The notes under the pieces: model-generated
The model's input: the letters and a program-made list of their open reading frames with translations, nothing else
What the model was told of the DNA's origin: nothing
Database searches by the model: none
Program-made: the position numbers and the translations under genes
In this document: positions 26,899-35,803 of the stretch, in pieces
Layout of the letters: the number at the start of each line of letters is the position of its first letter
Position numbering within the stretch: position 1 is the stretch's first letter
Assembly: GCA_030756715.1 (NCBI GenBank)
Contig: JAVBJD010000005.1
Location: forward strand, 1-50,833
Reading direction: 5' to 3'
DNA length: 50,833 nt
Origin: Conexivisphaerales archaeon
GTDB taxonomy: Archaea > Thermoproteota > Nitrososphaeria > Conexivisphaerales > UBA164

Positions 26899-28944
26899 TC
26901 ATAAAACCATTATCAATATACCTATTAACTTAATAGCTAGAAACGGAAGTATTACACCACCTAATCCGTAGATAAGAACATTTTCTAAAAAAACTCTTTT
27001 TGGTGATCTGGGTTTGAAAGAAATGCCTTTAATGGCTATAGGCATTAATATTGGAATTATTAACGCATTATAAATAAGCGCCGCAATAACAGCAACGTGT
27101 AGTGGTAAATGCAAAACATTAAGTGTTTTTGCAACGCTTAAAAAACTAAGTAGCGCGGGCAACACTACAAAATACTTTGATACATCATTAGCAATGGAAA
27201 ATGTAGCCAAGGACCCTCGCGTAATTAGTAATTGCTTACCTAATTTTATTACATCGATAATTTTGGATGGATCCGATTCTAGATCTATCATGTTAGCGGC
27301 CTCTTTGGCTACTTCAGTGCCTGAATACATAGCTAGTCCAACGTTTGCTCTTGCAAGAGCTGGAGCGTCATTAGTACCATCACCAACCATAGCTATAGTT
27401 TTTCCTTTACTTTGTTCCTCAATAACTTTTTTGTATTTATCTTCAGGTTTTGCCTGCGATATAACGTTGTTAATACCAACTTCAGAAGCTATAATTTGTG
27501 CAGTTATAGGGTGGTCGCCAGTGACCATGTACGGCTCTATTCCCATGGATTTTAATGCTTCAATCTGTTCTTTCACACCCTCTTTTAAAACGTCTTTAAG
27601 CTCAACTAGTCCAATTATTTCGTCGCCTACAGCAACAGCTAATGGGGTGCCTCCTTCTTTCGCAATCTCCTCTAACTTTTCGTCGAAATCAGGAGGGGCT
27701 CTAAAAATAGACTTCATTACATCTGGAGCCCCTTTAAAGATAGGCATCTTTTCATTTAAGTACACGCCATAAAAATCCGATTTTCTTATTAACCTCATCT
27801 CTTTATAAATTTCTTTTCCAGGTAATCGTATAGATTTATAATAAATACCGCTTTTTCTGGTTTTCGCAGAAAATTCCTCGTATGATGATATAATCGCTTG
27901 ATCTATCTCGCTTGGCAGATAGTTTTTGCTTTGAAGATATCTCAAAATGGCTTTTCCCTCTTGGGTGTCGTCTTGAACAGAAGACAAAAAAAGGGCCTTA
28001 GCTACTTCTTCTTCTGTATGTGAACCAAGTGGAATTATTTTTACTGGTTCTCGTTTACCCACAGTTATAGTGCCCGTTTTGTCTAACAAAACAACATCTA
28101 TATCGCCTGCTGCCTCTATTGCCTTCCCAGATTTTGATACTACATTTATGTTCCAAAGACGAGTCAATCCTGAAATACCTATAGCTTCTTCTAGCGCGCC
28201 AATCGTAGTAGGCAACAAACAAACGTAAAAGCCCAACAGAATTGGCAGATTTAAAGAATAACCTAAAAGATTGATGGTTATGCCTAAAGAAAAAACAACA
28301 AAGCTTAACAACAACGTTAGACCATAAATTAAAATATCCAACTGCTTTTCGCTTTCGCCTTTGGGTCTTTTAGTTTTTTCAATCATTCCAGCAATTCTAT
28401 AAACATAAGATTCTTTTAGTGTCTTAGTTACCCTTACTTTGATCCAGTCGCTTACTACTTTACTGCCTGAAATAACTTCATCATTAACAGATTTAATAAC
28501 GGGCAACGATTCACCGGTAACTAGTGATTCATCTATTGCGGCAACACCTTCTACGATAACGCCGTCTAGAGGTATAATCTCGTTTTCCTTGACTAAAATA
28601 ACATCTTCTGCTGATACCGCATCTGGAGGCACATAAACTTCAGAACCATTCGGTAATATTTTTCTTACAGAAAGGTTTGAAGTTACTTTCAAAAGCGATG
28701 AGGCCGTTATTTTAGCCTGATGTTCAGAATAAGAATCTGCAAAAGTGCCGAACCAAACAGTTGCAAATATAAGAACTGTTATAGAAACGTAGAAAAAGCT
28801 AAACTCTTTTATAAAAAACATATACATTAAAGACAGCAAGAAAGAAATTTCTGTAAGGAACATAACAGGGTTCTTTTTAAGATAAATTGGAGATAGACGT
28901 ATTATGGAATTTTTTATTATTTGAAAATAATCTTTTAATTCCAC
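26899..28944 (-). CDS. kdpB: K+-transporting P-type ATPase subunit B
   Basis: KNPVMF, TGES, CLLPTTIG, DKTGT, KGAP, GDGTND, TFSIANDVSKYF (Asp/Lys coupling pair). Confidence 0.95.
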   Translation of the reverse strand: MELKDYFQIIKNSIIRLSPIYLKKNPVMFLTEISFLLSLMYMFFIKEFSFFYVSITVLIFATVWFGTFADSYSEHQAKITASSLLKVTSNLSVRKILPNGSEVYVPPDAVSAEDVILVKENEIIPLDGVIVEGVAAIDESLVTGESLPVIKSVNDEVISGSKVVSDWIKVRVTKTLKESYVYRIAGMIEKTKRPKGESEKQLDILIYGLTLLLSFVVFSLGITINLLGYSLNLPILLGFYVCLLPTTIGALEEAIGISGLTRLWNINVVSKSGKAIEAAGDIDVVLLDKTGTITVGKREPVKIIPLGSHTEEEVAKALFLSSVQDDTQEGKAILRYLQSKNYLPSEIDQAIISSYEEFSAKTRKSGIYYKSIRLPGKEIYKEMRLIRKSDFYGVYLNEKMPIFKGAPDVMKSIFRAPPDFDEKLEEIAKEGGTPLAVAVGDEIIGLVELKDVLKEGVKEQIEALKSMGIEPYMVTGDHPITAQIIASEVGINNVISQAKPEDKYKKVIEEQSKGKTIAMVGDGTNDAPALARANVGLAMYSGTEVAKEAANMIDLESDPSKIIDVIKLGKQLLITRGSLATFSIANDVSKYFVVLPALLSFLSVAKTLNVLHLPLHVAVIAALIYNALIIPILMPIAIKGISFKPRSPKRVFLENVLIYGLGGVILPFLAIKLIGILIMVL

Positions 28945-28950
28945 CTTTTA

Positions 28951-30474
28951 TCACCCCATTGAAAGAGGCCCTAAAGCCAATAAAGGCAATAATGAAATTA
29001 TAACTAGCAAAAATATAAAGAAAACTAATGAAAAGGAAAAGTATAAAGAATCTAGCTTTAAATCTGATTTTGTAAAACTTTTATCTTTATTTATAAATGA
29101 CTCAGTCATTTTTATCCCAAAATAGAATGGTACATAACGCCCTAACAGCATTAACATGCCTGTAATAATATTAAGAGCGCTTATATTGCCGTTTACGCCA
29201 TAAAAATCTGAACCGTTATTTACGCTAGCTGAAACAACCTCCCAAAGAAGTTTAGTAAAATCATACCCAGGCGAAAAGTTGAACTGGTGCAAAGTAAAAA
29301 TAATTAATGGTATAGCAGTAAGAACCAAAGCAAAATGAAATATATAGCCGAGAACTGCATATTTAATTTCTCTGTATTCTAACTTGTAACCAAAAAGCTT
29401 AGGCATCCTCCCGCTCATTAAAGCCGAAAAAAAGATTGTTATAACGATAATAAATATTAGTGAAATAAAACCGCTGCCTACGCTTCCTGGCAGAGAATCG
29501 CTTAGCATCAATGTGATAAAAGCGGCTAATTGAACCGGAGATAAAGCATTTAATGGAAAAACAGCCGCACCGGTATTTGTAGATATGGAAGAATAAAACA
29601 GGCTTAATGAAGAATATTCATTTAGATCAGCTGGTATCAATGAGTTGAGTATTACATAAGTTTTATCTAAAATGATTAAATTAAAAACAAAAAAGAACGT
29701 CAAAATTGCTATTAACAATGAAACGCTCAATTTAATATTTTTTGTTACTATGCCGATTAGAAAAATTAATGAAAAAGGCAGCACATTTAAAACTATTATA
29801 TCTAAAAACGCGGTTAGAGAATTTGGCATTAGCGGTCCAGCAGCTATACCTTCTGTAATATATGAACCGCCGTTATTGCCAAGCAACGTTATTGCATTAT
29901 AAAGACTTAATGGGGCATTTTTGATGCCTGCCATAAAAGAAAAAGAATAACCGAAGGACAAGCCAAGTAAATTAAATAAAATTGTTACAACAAATGTTAA
30001 GGCTGAGAGCAATAATATACTCATAATAAAGTCTCGATAAAAATTACCATATTTTTTTAAAAAAATTGATCTAAACATAGATAAAGAGACCGATAATCCA
30101 GTGGCTGGAGCCACAAATTGCAGATAATAGAGGCTAGTGGTTTGAGTGAAATAAGTAAGCTGTTGGTTAATAAAATGCTGCAAGTTGGTATTTGTTATGT
30201 ATGATGTGATGATATTAAACCATAAAAATTGATCATGTGATATTAAATATGTGATCCATAAAATCACAAAAGCTATTATAACTGAAAAGACATTAACAAT
30301 AATAACGCTTGTTAAATATTCGTTTGCGCTCATATCCCAGTTAAAAGGCTTTTGTAAATAATTTTTGTCGAAGAAAATTTTATGCATTATTATGGCAATA
30401 ACAAAAGAGAACAAAATAGCAACAAAATAAACAAATATGAACCAAACGATATATTGAACTATAGCTATACTCAA
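28951..30474 (-). CDS. kdpA: K+-transporting ATPase subunit A (divergent)
   Basis: Filter motifs TNTNLQH, LGNNGGS, NTGA, NNGS; LMSGR.P; LGRY; LALGP. Confidence 0.9.
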   Translation of the reverse strand: MSIAIVQYIVWFIFVYFVAILFSFVIAIIMHKIFFDKNYLQKPFNWDMSANEYLTSVIIVNVFSVIIAFVILWITYLISHDQFLWFNIITSYITNTNLQHFINQQLTYFTQTTSLYYLQFVAPATGLSVSLSMFRSIFLKKYGNFYRDFIMSILLLSALTFVVTILFNLLGLSFGYSFSFMAGIKNAPLSLYNAITLLGNNGGSYITEGIAAGPLMPNSLTAFLDIIVLNVLPFSLIFLIGIVTKNIKLSVSLLIAILTFFFVFNLIILDKTYVILNSLIPADLNEYSSLSLFYSSISTNTGAAVFPLNALSPVQLAAFITLMLSDSLPGSVGSGFISLIFIIVITIFFSALMSGRMPKLFGYKLEYREIKYAVLGYIFHFALVLTAIPLIIFTLHQFNFSPGYDFTKLLWEVVSASVNNGSDFYGVNGNISALNIITGMLMLLGRYVPFYFGIKMTESFINKDKSFTKSDLKLDSLYFSFSLVFFIFLLVIISLLPLLALGPLSMG

Positions 30475-30941
30475 TTCTACTCACTCAAGTACATTTTTCC
30501 TTTTTCATCGATTATGTATTTATAAGGTTTACTATTATTAACTCGTTTTAAATAACCTTGATTGGCTAAAGCAGATAAAAGCCTAGATGCATGTTCTCTT
30601 GTGATATTAAATTGTTGTATCACATCACGCGTTGTGATTTCTGATTTATAAGCCAATTTTATGATCTCTATCTGTGTGCTATTAAGATCCCCTTTTTCAA
30701 CATTCCTTTTTTTAGTTTTTATAACATTCTCAGCCGTCATTTCATTTAGATCAGTCTCGATTTTTTTGTTTATTATTAGTTCTTTTGATATATCTTGGAA
30801 TAATTTATAATTTTCATCAATTTTTTTAATTTTTAAAAACAAATAAAATAAAGTAGATAGTGACAATGATATAGATGCTAGTGAGATTATCACAATCAGC
30901 GTTGTGATGTTCATATATTGATTAAAATATTATCATGTGAT
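30201..30941. repeat. Cluster of ten TGTGAT/ATCACA hexamers, including two ATCACA-N8-TGTGAT palindromes
   Basis: Copies start at 30205, 30236, 30250, 30263, 30600, 30619, 30633, 30889, 30903, 30936. Confidence 0.8.
30477..30914 (-). CDS. Membrane-anchored winged-helix protein (N-terminal TM helix, charged linker, wHTH)
   Basis: Hydrophobic residues ~6-27 followed by KIKK; LNSTQIEII, ITTRDV..QFNITREHASRLLS.L...GYL.R....PY.Y.I.EKG. Confidence 0.8.
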   Translation of the reverse strand: MNITTLIVIISLASISLSLSTLFYLFLKIKKIDENYKLFQDISKELIINKKIETDLNEMTAENVIKTKKRNVEKGDLNSTQIEIIKLAYKSEITTRDVIQQFNITREHASRLLSALANQGYLKRVNNSKPYKYIIDEKGKMYLSE

Positions 30942-31026
30942 TATATAAACATTGTACTATCCCTTTTAATTTGTTATGACCGAGTATTTTATTTAGCTTT
31001 AATCATAATATCATAAAAACATTTAA

Positions 31027-31046
31027 ACTATACAAACATGTATAGT
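31027..31046. promoter_or_regulatory. Perfect inverted repeat ACTATACA-N4-TGTATAGT between TATA and start codon
   Basis: TTTAAA at 31022-31027, palindrome at 31027-31046, GTG at 31052. Confidence 0.6.
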
Positions 31047-31051
31047 ATAGC

Positions 31052-31441
31052 GTGTCCGTTCCTAACAAAAATGAAGTAAAATCGCTTATAAAACAAATCA
31101 TAGAAAATTCATGTATAACAGAATTAGAATTTTTATCGTTAATTAATCAAAAAAGTGGAAGATTTCAAAATGAATCGAGTAATATTTCTAATATATACAT
31201 AAAATTTTTAAAAAAATCTTCAGGAGAAAGGTCAACAATCAAAAGGCGAGCAAGACAAAACGTTAAATCCTGCTTTATGACGTTAATTTTGTTTATGTCA
31301 CTAAATTTAATAACAGATAAAAACCTAATTCAGTTAAAAGAAATAAGTGATATGATAACAAGAATAATAAACGTTGAAAATGAAGAGCTTTATAAAAAAT
31401 TAGATGAGTTGTTGGAGACGATGATTAAAGAACTTTTTTAA
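31052..31441 (+). CDS. Hypothetical helical protein, weak Tfx-like HTH resemblance
   Basis: 129-aa ORF filling the gap; ITELE and STIKRRARQNVKSCFMTL recall Tfx LTERQ / EKRA..NI..A..TL. Confidence 0.6.
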   Translation: MSVPNKNEVKSLIKQIIENSCITELEFLSLINQKSGRFQNESSNISNIYIKFLKKSSGERSTIKRRARQNVKSCFMTLILFMSLNLITDKNLIQLKEISDMITRIINVENEELYKKLDELLETMIKELF

Positions 31442-32174
31442 TCTCTTTACAAATCTGATTAAATTTTTCTCCCCCGCCTTCTTTTTCTAATAAATTTCCT
31501 ATCACTAAACCATCTGCTCCCGCTTTAGCGATTTCATTTGCTTTGTTTATATCTGTAATGCCTCCTCCTACCAAAAGCAGGCCTTGATACAGCCTTTTAC
31601 TCAAAGCGACGGCCTCTGAAGTTATTGGCGTAGAAGTTCCCGAACCGCCTTCTAAATAAACAATTTTAAACCCAAAATGTTTTGCTGCCAAGACATAAAG
31701 CGATATGAGCTCAGGAATAGAAGGTATAGGTCTAACATGACCTATATGAGATACTGCGCTATCTGAATTTACTACTATATATCCAGTTGGTATTGTTTCT
31801 AATTTATATCTTTCTATTAAAGGTGAAGCAAGCACCTGTGCGTCAATTATATAATAAGTTAAAGCCGAATTCATTAACATCATATAAAAAATCGCATCTG
31901 CCTTTTTAGAAATAGCATTAATGTTATTTGGAAATATAATTACCGGCAGGTCAACGCTCTTTTTAATGCATTCAATAGTTCTATCAAGGTCTTCCTGAGC
32001 TATTAGAGTTGAACCCCCAACTAGAAAGGCATCTATCATGCTCGTATCTACCTCTTTCAGTTTTTTTGCTATTTTTGAAGTATCGGGGAAATTCACAGGA
32101 TCTAAAAGAGGAAGGCACAGCCTGCTACTTTCTCTACTATTAAGTAATTTCTGATACACAGATATTTTACTCAT
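31425..32174 (-). CDS. Geranylgeranylglyceryl phosphate synthase
   Basis: LLDP, FLVGGS, PVIIFP, ADAI, PTGYIVV, YLEGGSG, VGGGI, GADGLVIGN. Confidence 0.95.
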   Translation of the reverse strand: MSKISVYQKLLNSRESSRLCLPLLDPVNFPDTSKIAKKLKEVDTSMIDAFLVGGSTLIAQEDLDRTIECIKKSVDLPVIIFPNNINAISKKADAIFYMMLMNSALTYYIIDAQVLASPLIERYKLETIPTGYIVVNSDSAVSHIGHVRPIPSIPELISLYVLAAKHFGFKIVYLEGGSGTSTPITSEAVALSKRLYQGLLLVGGGITDINKANEIAKAGADGLVIGNLLEKEGGGEKFNQICKEIKKVL

Positions 32175-32217
32175 CTGTACTTAAATAACATAATAATAGG
32201 TATAAAAACACTTATGA

Positions 32218-34062
32218 TTATAGTTCTTTTAATTCAGGTAAACCAAGAACATTCATGGCATCTAAAATTATTTGCTTATAAGCATAAACTAAAGCTATTC
32301 TCATTTTCTTTAATTCTGAATCCTTTTCATCTAGAACCCTTTTCTTTTCATAAAACACATTAAAAGCGAACGCAAGTTCATGCACATAATTGGCAAGTGC
32401 AGTGACGGATGTTGAAGAATAAGCTTTAAACAAATAGTAATCATATTTGCTCATTTGAAGTAAAAGACGTTTTTCTTCTTCACTGAGTTTTATTTGATTT
32501 AATAAACTAACTTCATTGTTACTTTTTTCAAGTATCTTGGATGCCCTTGCGTAGGTATATTGTATATATGGCCCCGTGTCTCCTTCAAGCTTTAGGGCAT
32601 CGTTTATATCAAAAACGATCTGTTTGTCAAGATCGGGCCTCATAAGCGAATATCTAATTGCAGCTACCGCAATTTTAGAAGCAACTTCTTCTTTTTCTGG
32701 CAACGTTGGATTTCTCTCGTTTATTAACTTAAGCGCAACCTGTTTTATAGCTTCCATAAGATCATCTAAATTGTAATATATACCACTTCTTCCAGACATA
32801 TGGACTATCTCTTTTTCAACTTTACCCTTTACTATTTTTTCAGCTGTATTTTTTGAAAGCGCCACTAAACCATAAGCTATGACTTTATAATCTTTAGAAG
32901 CAGACAAAGCCTTCAATGCATCTTTTATCAAATTTTGCAAAGGCAACTGTCTTTGATCTATCAATATATAAGCCTCGTCTGCAGGTTTATAAAGACCCTT
33001 TAGCCCACCATCAAGGGAGGTCGAATATAATTCCGAGCCATCAGGTTGCTTAGTGAATACGGAATAATAAAACTCATCTGGTATTAAACCCAATTTCCAA
33101 GCCGCATATGTAAGATCCTTGGCAGTATAAACAGCTGTGCCATCGCTTCGTACAAGTACCTTCTTATCTAAAAGAACCCAACAATTTTTATGTTTGCCTT
33201 CGGTTACAAACTTTATAAGTCCTTTTTCTTTTAAAACTTCAAACATTTTTTTCCAATAACCACCATGCACAAAATGACTTTCCCAATTAAGCAAATCGTA
33301 TCTTGCTCCAATATTCCACGCACTTTTCAGCTGCTCTTTTACAATTTTCTCTATAATGGGCCTTGCGTATCTATATATTTCGCCACCTTGCTCTAGATCT
33401 TTTAAAACTTCCCCCCTTTTTTTCTTTAACGCTTCGCTTTCTTCAATAGCTTTATTAGCATTGACATATACAACGTCACCGCAATAATGATCATATTTTT
33501 CATCACTTTCAAGTGGGTATCCTAGATATTTAAATCCAACAATAAGATCTGCAACTTGTACCCCAGTATCGTCTATATAGTTTAATACTGTAACTTGATG
33601 CCCTAATCTCTTAAAAAGTCTATAAAACGTGTCACCCAAAACAACGTTCCTAGCATGGCCAACATGTAATGCTTTATTAGGGTTTACGCTCGTATGTTCA
33701 ATAATTATTTTTTTCTTTTCTGGAACGGTTATTTTCCCATAACCTTGATTTTTTATTATTTGATTAAGAAACTTTAGATAAAAAAGATCGGTCAGTCTAA
33801 AGTTAATAAATCCGCTAGAGTGTAACTCCACAGCAATATCTTCTTCAGAAAACTCAATTTTTTCTATAAGATCTTTTGCCACCTCATAAGGAGATTTTCT
33901 AAGAGTTTTAGACAATACAAAAGCAGCATTTGTAGTAATGTCCCCAAAACTCGTTTCAGTCGGTTCTCCTACATAAATAGCCGAAGTGGCTATTCCGTAT
34001 TCTTTTATGGCTTTGTTTATTGATTCAGAAAGCTTATTTAGTTCTGTAAGGTATGAGATCAT
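32218..34062 (-). CDS. argS: Arginine--tRNA ligase
   Basis: EHTSVNPNKALHVGHARN, RSDGTAVY..KD, MSGRSG, GDTGPYIQYTYARA. Confidence 0.97.
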   Translation of the reverse strand: MISYLTELNKLSESINKAIKEYGIATSAIYVGEPTETSFGDITTNAAFVLSKTLRKSPYEVAKDLIEKIEFSEEDIAVELHSSGFINFRLTDLFYLKFLNQIIKNQGYGKITVPEKKKIIIEHTSVNPNKALHVGHARNVVLGDTFYRLFKRLGHQVTVLNYIDDTGVQVADLIVGFKYLGYPLESDEKYDHYCGDVVYVNANKAIEESEALKKKRGEVLKDLEQGGEIYRYARPIIEKIVKEQLKSAWNIGARYDLLNWESHFVHGGYWKKMFEVLKEKGLIKFVTEGKHKNCWVLLDKKVLVRSDGTAVYTAKDLTYAAWKLGLIPDEFYYSVFTKQPDGSELYSTSLDGGLKGLYKPADEAYILIDQRQLPLQNLIKDALKALSASKDYKVIAYGLVALSKNTAEKIVKGKVEKEIVHMSGRSGIYYNLDDLMEAIKQVALKLINERNPTLPEKEEVASKIAVAAIRYSLMRPDLDKQIVFDINDALKLEGDTGPYIQYTYARASKILEKSNNEVSLLNQIKLSEEEKRLLLQMSKYDYYLFKAYSSTSVTALANYVHELAFAFNVFYEKKRVLDEKDSELKKMRIALVYAYKQIILDAMNVLGLPELKEL

Positions 34063-34759
34063 TGTTTATCAACCACTCTATGGCTTCTATTATACCCATA
34101 GGTCCCTGTCTTTCAGTTATAATAAGTTTTGTGGTTTCTTCAACCTCATTGGTTTTTATTCTATAGTTTTTGTTAACTAAAAAAGAAAACCCAGATTCTG
34201 CAAACATAGGTTCGTCAACTTCGCTGTCTCCGATGCTAGCAATCTCCTCTTTTTTTAAATTCATTTTTTCTGCAACATATTTTAAAGCAACCCCTTTATT
34301 TACATTAACGCTTGATAGGTGATATGCCACACCGCTGTCAAGTATTTTTGCTTTATACCCGTTTTCTTTAAGTATCCTGTTTGCAGCATTTATATCAAAA
34401 TTTCTTTCAAGCAAAATTTCTGTAAGCCTTGGCATCCTTTGATTTATATTTATTTTTTCAATGTTTTTTGACAGAAACTCATAAGCCAGTAAAGAATCAG
34501 CATAGTCACCAAAAATCTTTATTTTTGTTGGTTCATTAAAAAATATCACTCCGCCATTTTCACTTATACCGAACTTAGCAAAACCTAAAAACTTTGAAAG
34601 AGTATACGTTTCAAAAACGCTGCGTCCTGTAGCTAGAACAACTTGCAAACCATCCTCTTGCAGTTTTCTTAGCAAAAAAGTCGCATCGAGGTTGATACGA
34701 CCATCTTTTTCAGTCAAAGTTCCATCTATATCGATCGCTAATAATTTGATCACGCGCAA
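34034..34759 (-). CDS. HAD IIB hydrolase (archaeal phosphoglycolate phosphatase-like)
   Basis: DIDGTLT, ATGR, SENGG, DSG, VNKG.AL, IGDSEVD. Confidence 0.9.
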   Translation of the reverse strand: MRVIKLLAIDIDGTLTEKDGRINLDATFLLRKLQEDGLQVVLATGRSVFETYTLSKFLGFAKFGISENGGVIFFNEPTKIKIFGDYADSLLAYEFLSKNIEKININQRMPRLTEILLERNFDINAANRILKENGYKAKILDSGVAYHLSSVNVNKGVALKYVAEKMNLKKEEIASIGDSEVDEPMFAESGFSFLVNKNYRIKTNEVEETTKLIITERQGPMGIIEAIEWLINNDLIPYRTK

Positions 34760-34823
34760 TACTATTTTATATTAATATTTATTGATAACTAATAAAAGCT
34801 CACGTTTTTAACTCGCAATTGGT

Positions 34824-34839
34824 CAGAAAAATTTATAAA
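34824..34839 (+). promoter_or_regulatory. BRE/TATA of the 5S rRNA gene
   Basis: CAGAAAAA-TTTATAAA about 23-30 nt upstream of the 5S 5' end. Confidence 0.65.
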
Positions 34840-34861
34840 AACAAGATGCTTATCAAAATAA

Positions 34862-34973
34862 GCCGGCCATAGGGGTAGGGTCCTACCCGGTCTCACCCGA
34901 ACCCGGAAGTAAAACCTACCACCGCCGCTGTGTTAGTGAGGTGCGCAAGCCCTCGCGAAGCAGTGGTGCCGGC
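34862..34973 (+). rRNA. rrf: 5S rRNA (stand-alone); ends approximate
   Basis: GC-rich island: GGCCATAG, CCCGGTCTC..CCGAACCCGGAAGT, GAGG.GCGCAAGC.CCTC.CGAA; terminal GCCGGC/GCCGGC helix. Confidence 0.92.
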
Positions 34974-34985
34974 GCCCTATAATTT

Positions 34986-35744
34986 TCAAGGTTTTAAATG
35001 GCTTTCCATTTTTGAATAAATTGAGTCCACGATGTTACCCTTAATTGTTCTCCTGTCAAATTCTTGTAGAATCTTAATCGTTATCCCTGAGGGCGTGGTA
35101 ACTTTTTTTATTAAAGCGTGTAAATCTATGTTGTTTTTAAGTATATAATCTGATGTTGAATAAGCTACAAAACTGACAATTTTATCCGCAAGATCTTTTT
35201 CTATGCCAGCAAGGACCATGTATTGAGATAAAGAATCTAGAAAATACGCAAACAAAGCAGGACCACTTCCGGCTATTGGCACAAGAGCATCAACGACTCT
35301 TTCATCAAATAGGTAAGGCTCTCCTATTCTCTTCAATATATCCTTAAGGTTCTCAAAAACTTCCTTGGGACAATATGCGAGTACAGGTGCCTTTCTCGTT
35401 TCGGCCGCTACGCTGGTCATAATTTTACATATCTTAGCGTTTGGAATTTTTTGTGAAATCTCTTTGTAAGGATAAAGCGCAACTAGAGAAACTAGGATTT
35501 TACCCTTTACATTTAACGATATTTCATCGAAGAGTTTTTCTGCATCAGCTGGTTTCACGGCTACAAAAATTATGTCTGAACTTTTAACGAGATCTAGTAC
35601 GTTATTTACGCGACTTATATTTTTGGATTTTGGTATTTTGTATTTACCTCTGTCATAAACAATTATACTGTCATCTCCCTTTTTTGAAAGCGCTGCGCTT
35701 AATGCATACCCCATATTACCTATTCCTATTATGCCTATATTCAT
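34986..35744 (-). CDS. proC: Pyrroline-5-carboxylate reductase
   Basis: GIIGIGNMG, VAVKP, GSGPA, VTTPSGIT. Confidence 0.92.
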   Translation of the reverse strand: MNIGIIGIGNMGYALSAALSKKGDDSIIVYDRGKYKIPKSKNISRVNNVLDLVKSSDIIFVAVKPADAEKLFDEISLNVKGKILVSLVALYPYKEISQKIPNAKICKIMTSVAAETRKAPVLAYCPKEVFENLKDILKRIGEPYLFDERVVDALVPIAGSGPALFAYFLDSLSQYMVLAGIEKDLADKIVSFVAYSTSDYILKNNIDLHALIKKVTTPSGITIKILQEFDRRTIKGNIVDSIYSKMESHLKP

Positions 35745-35803
35745 CCGATTGATCTAGCCTAAATATAGGCAACTTTTAAATCGTGCTGTTATATGTATAG
35801 ATT

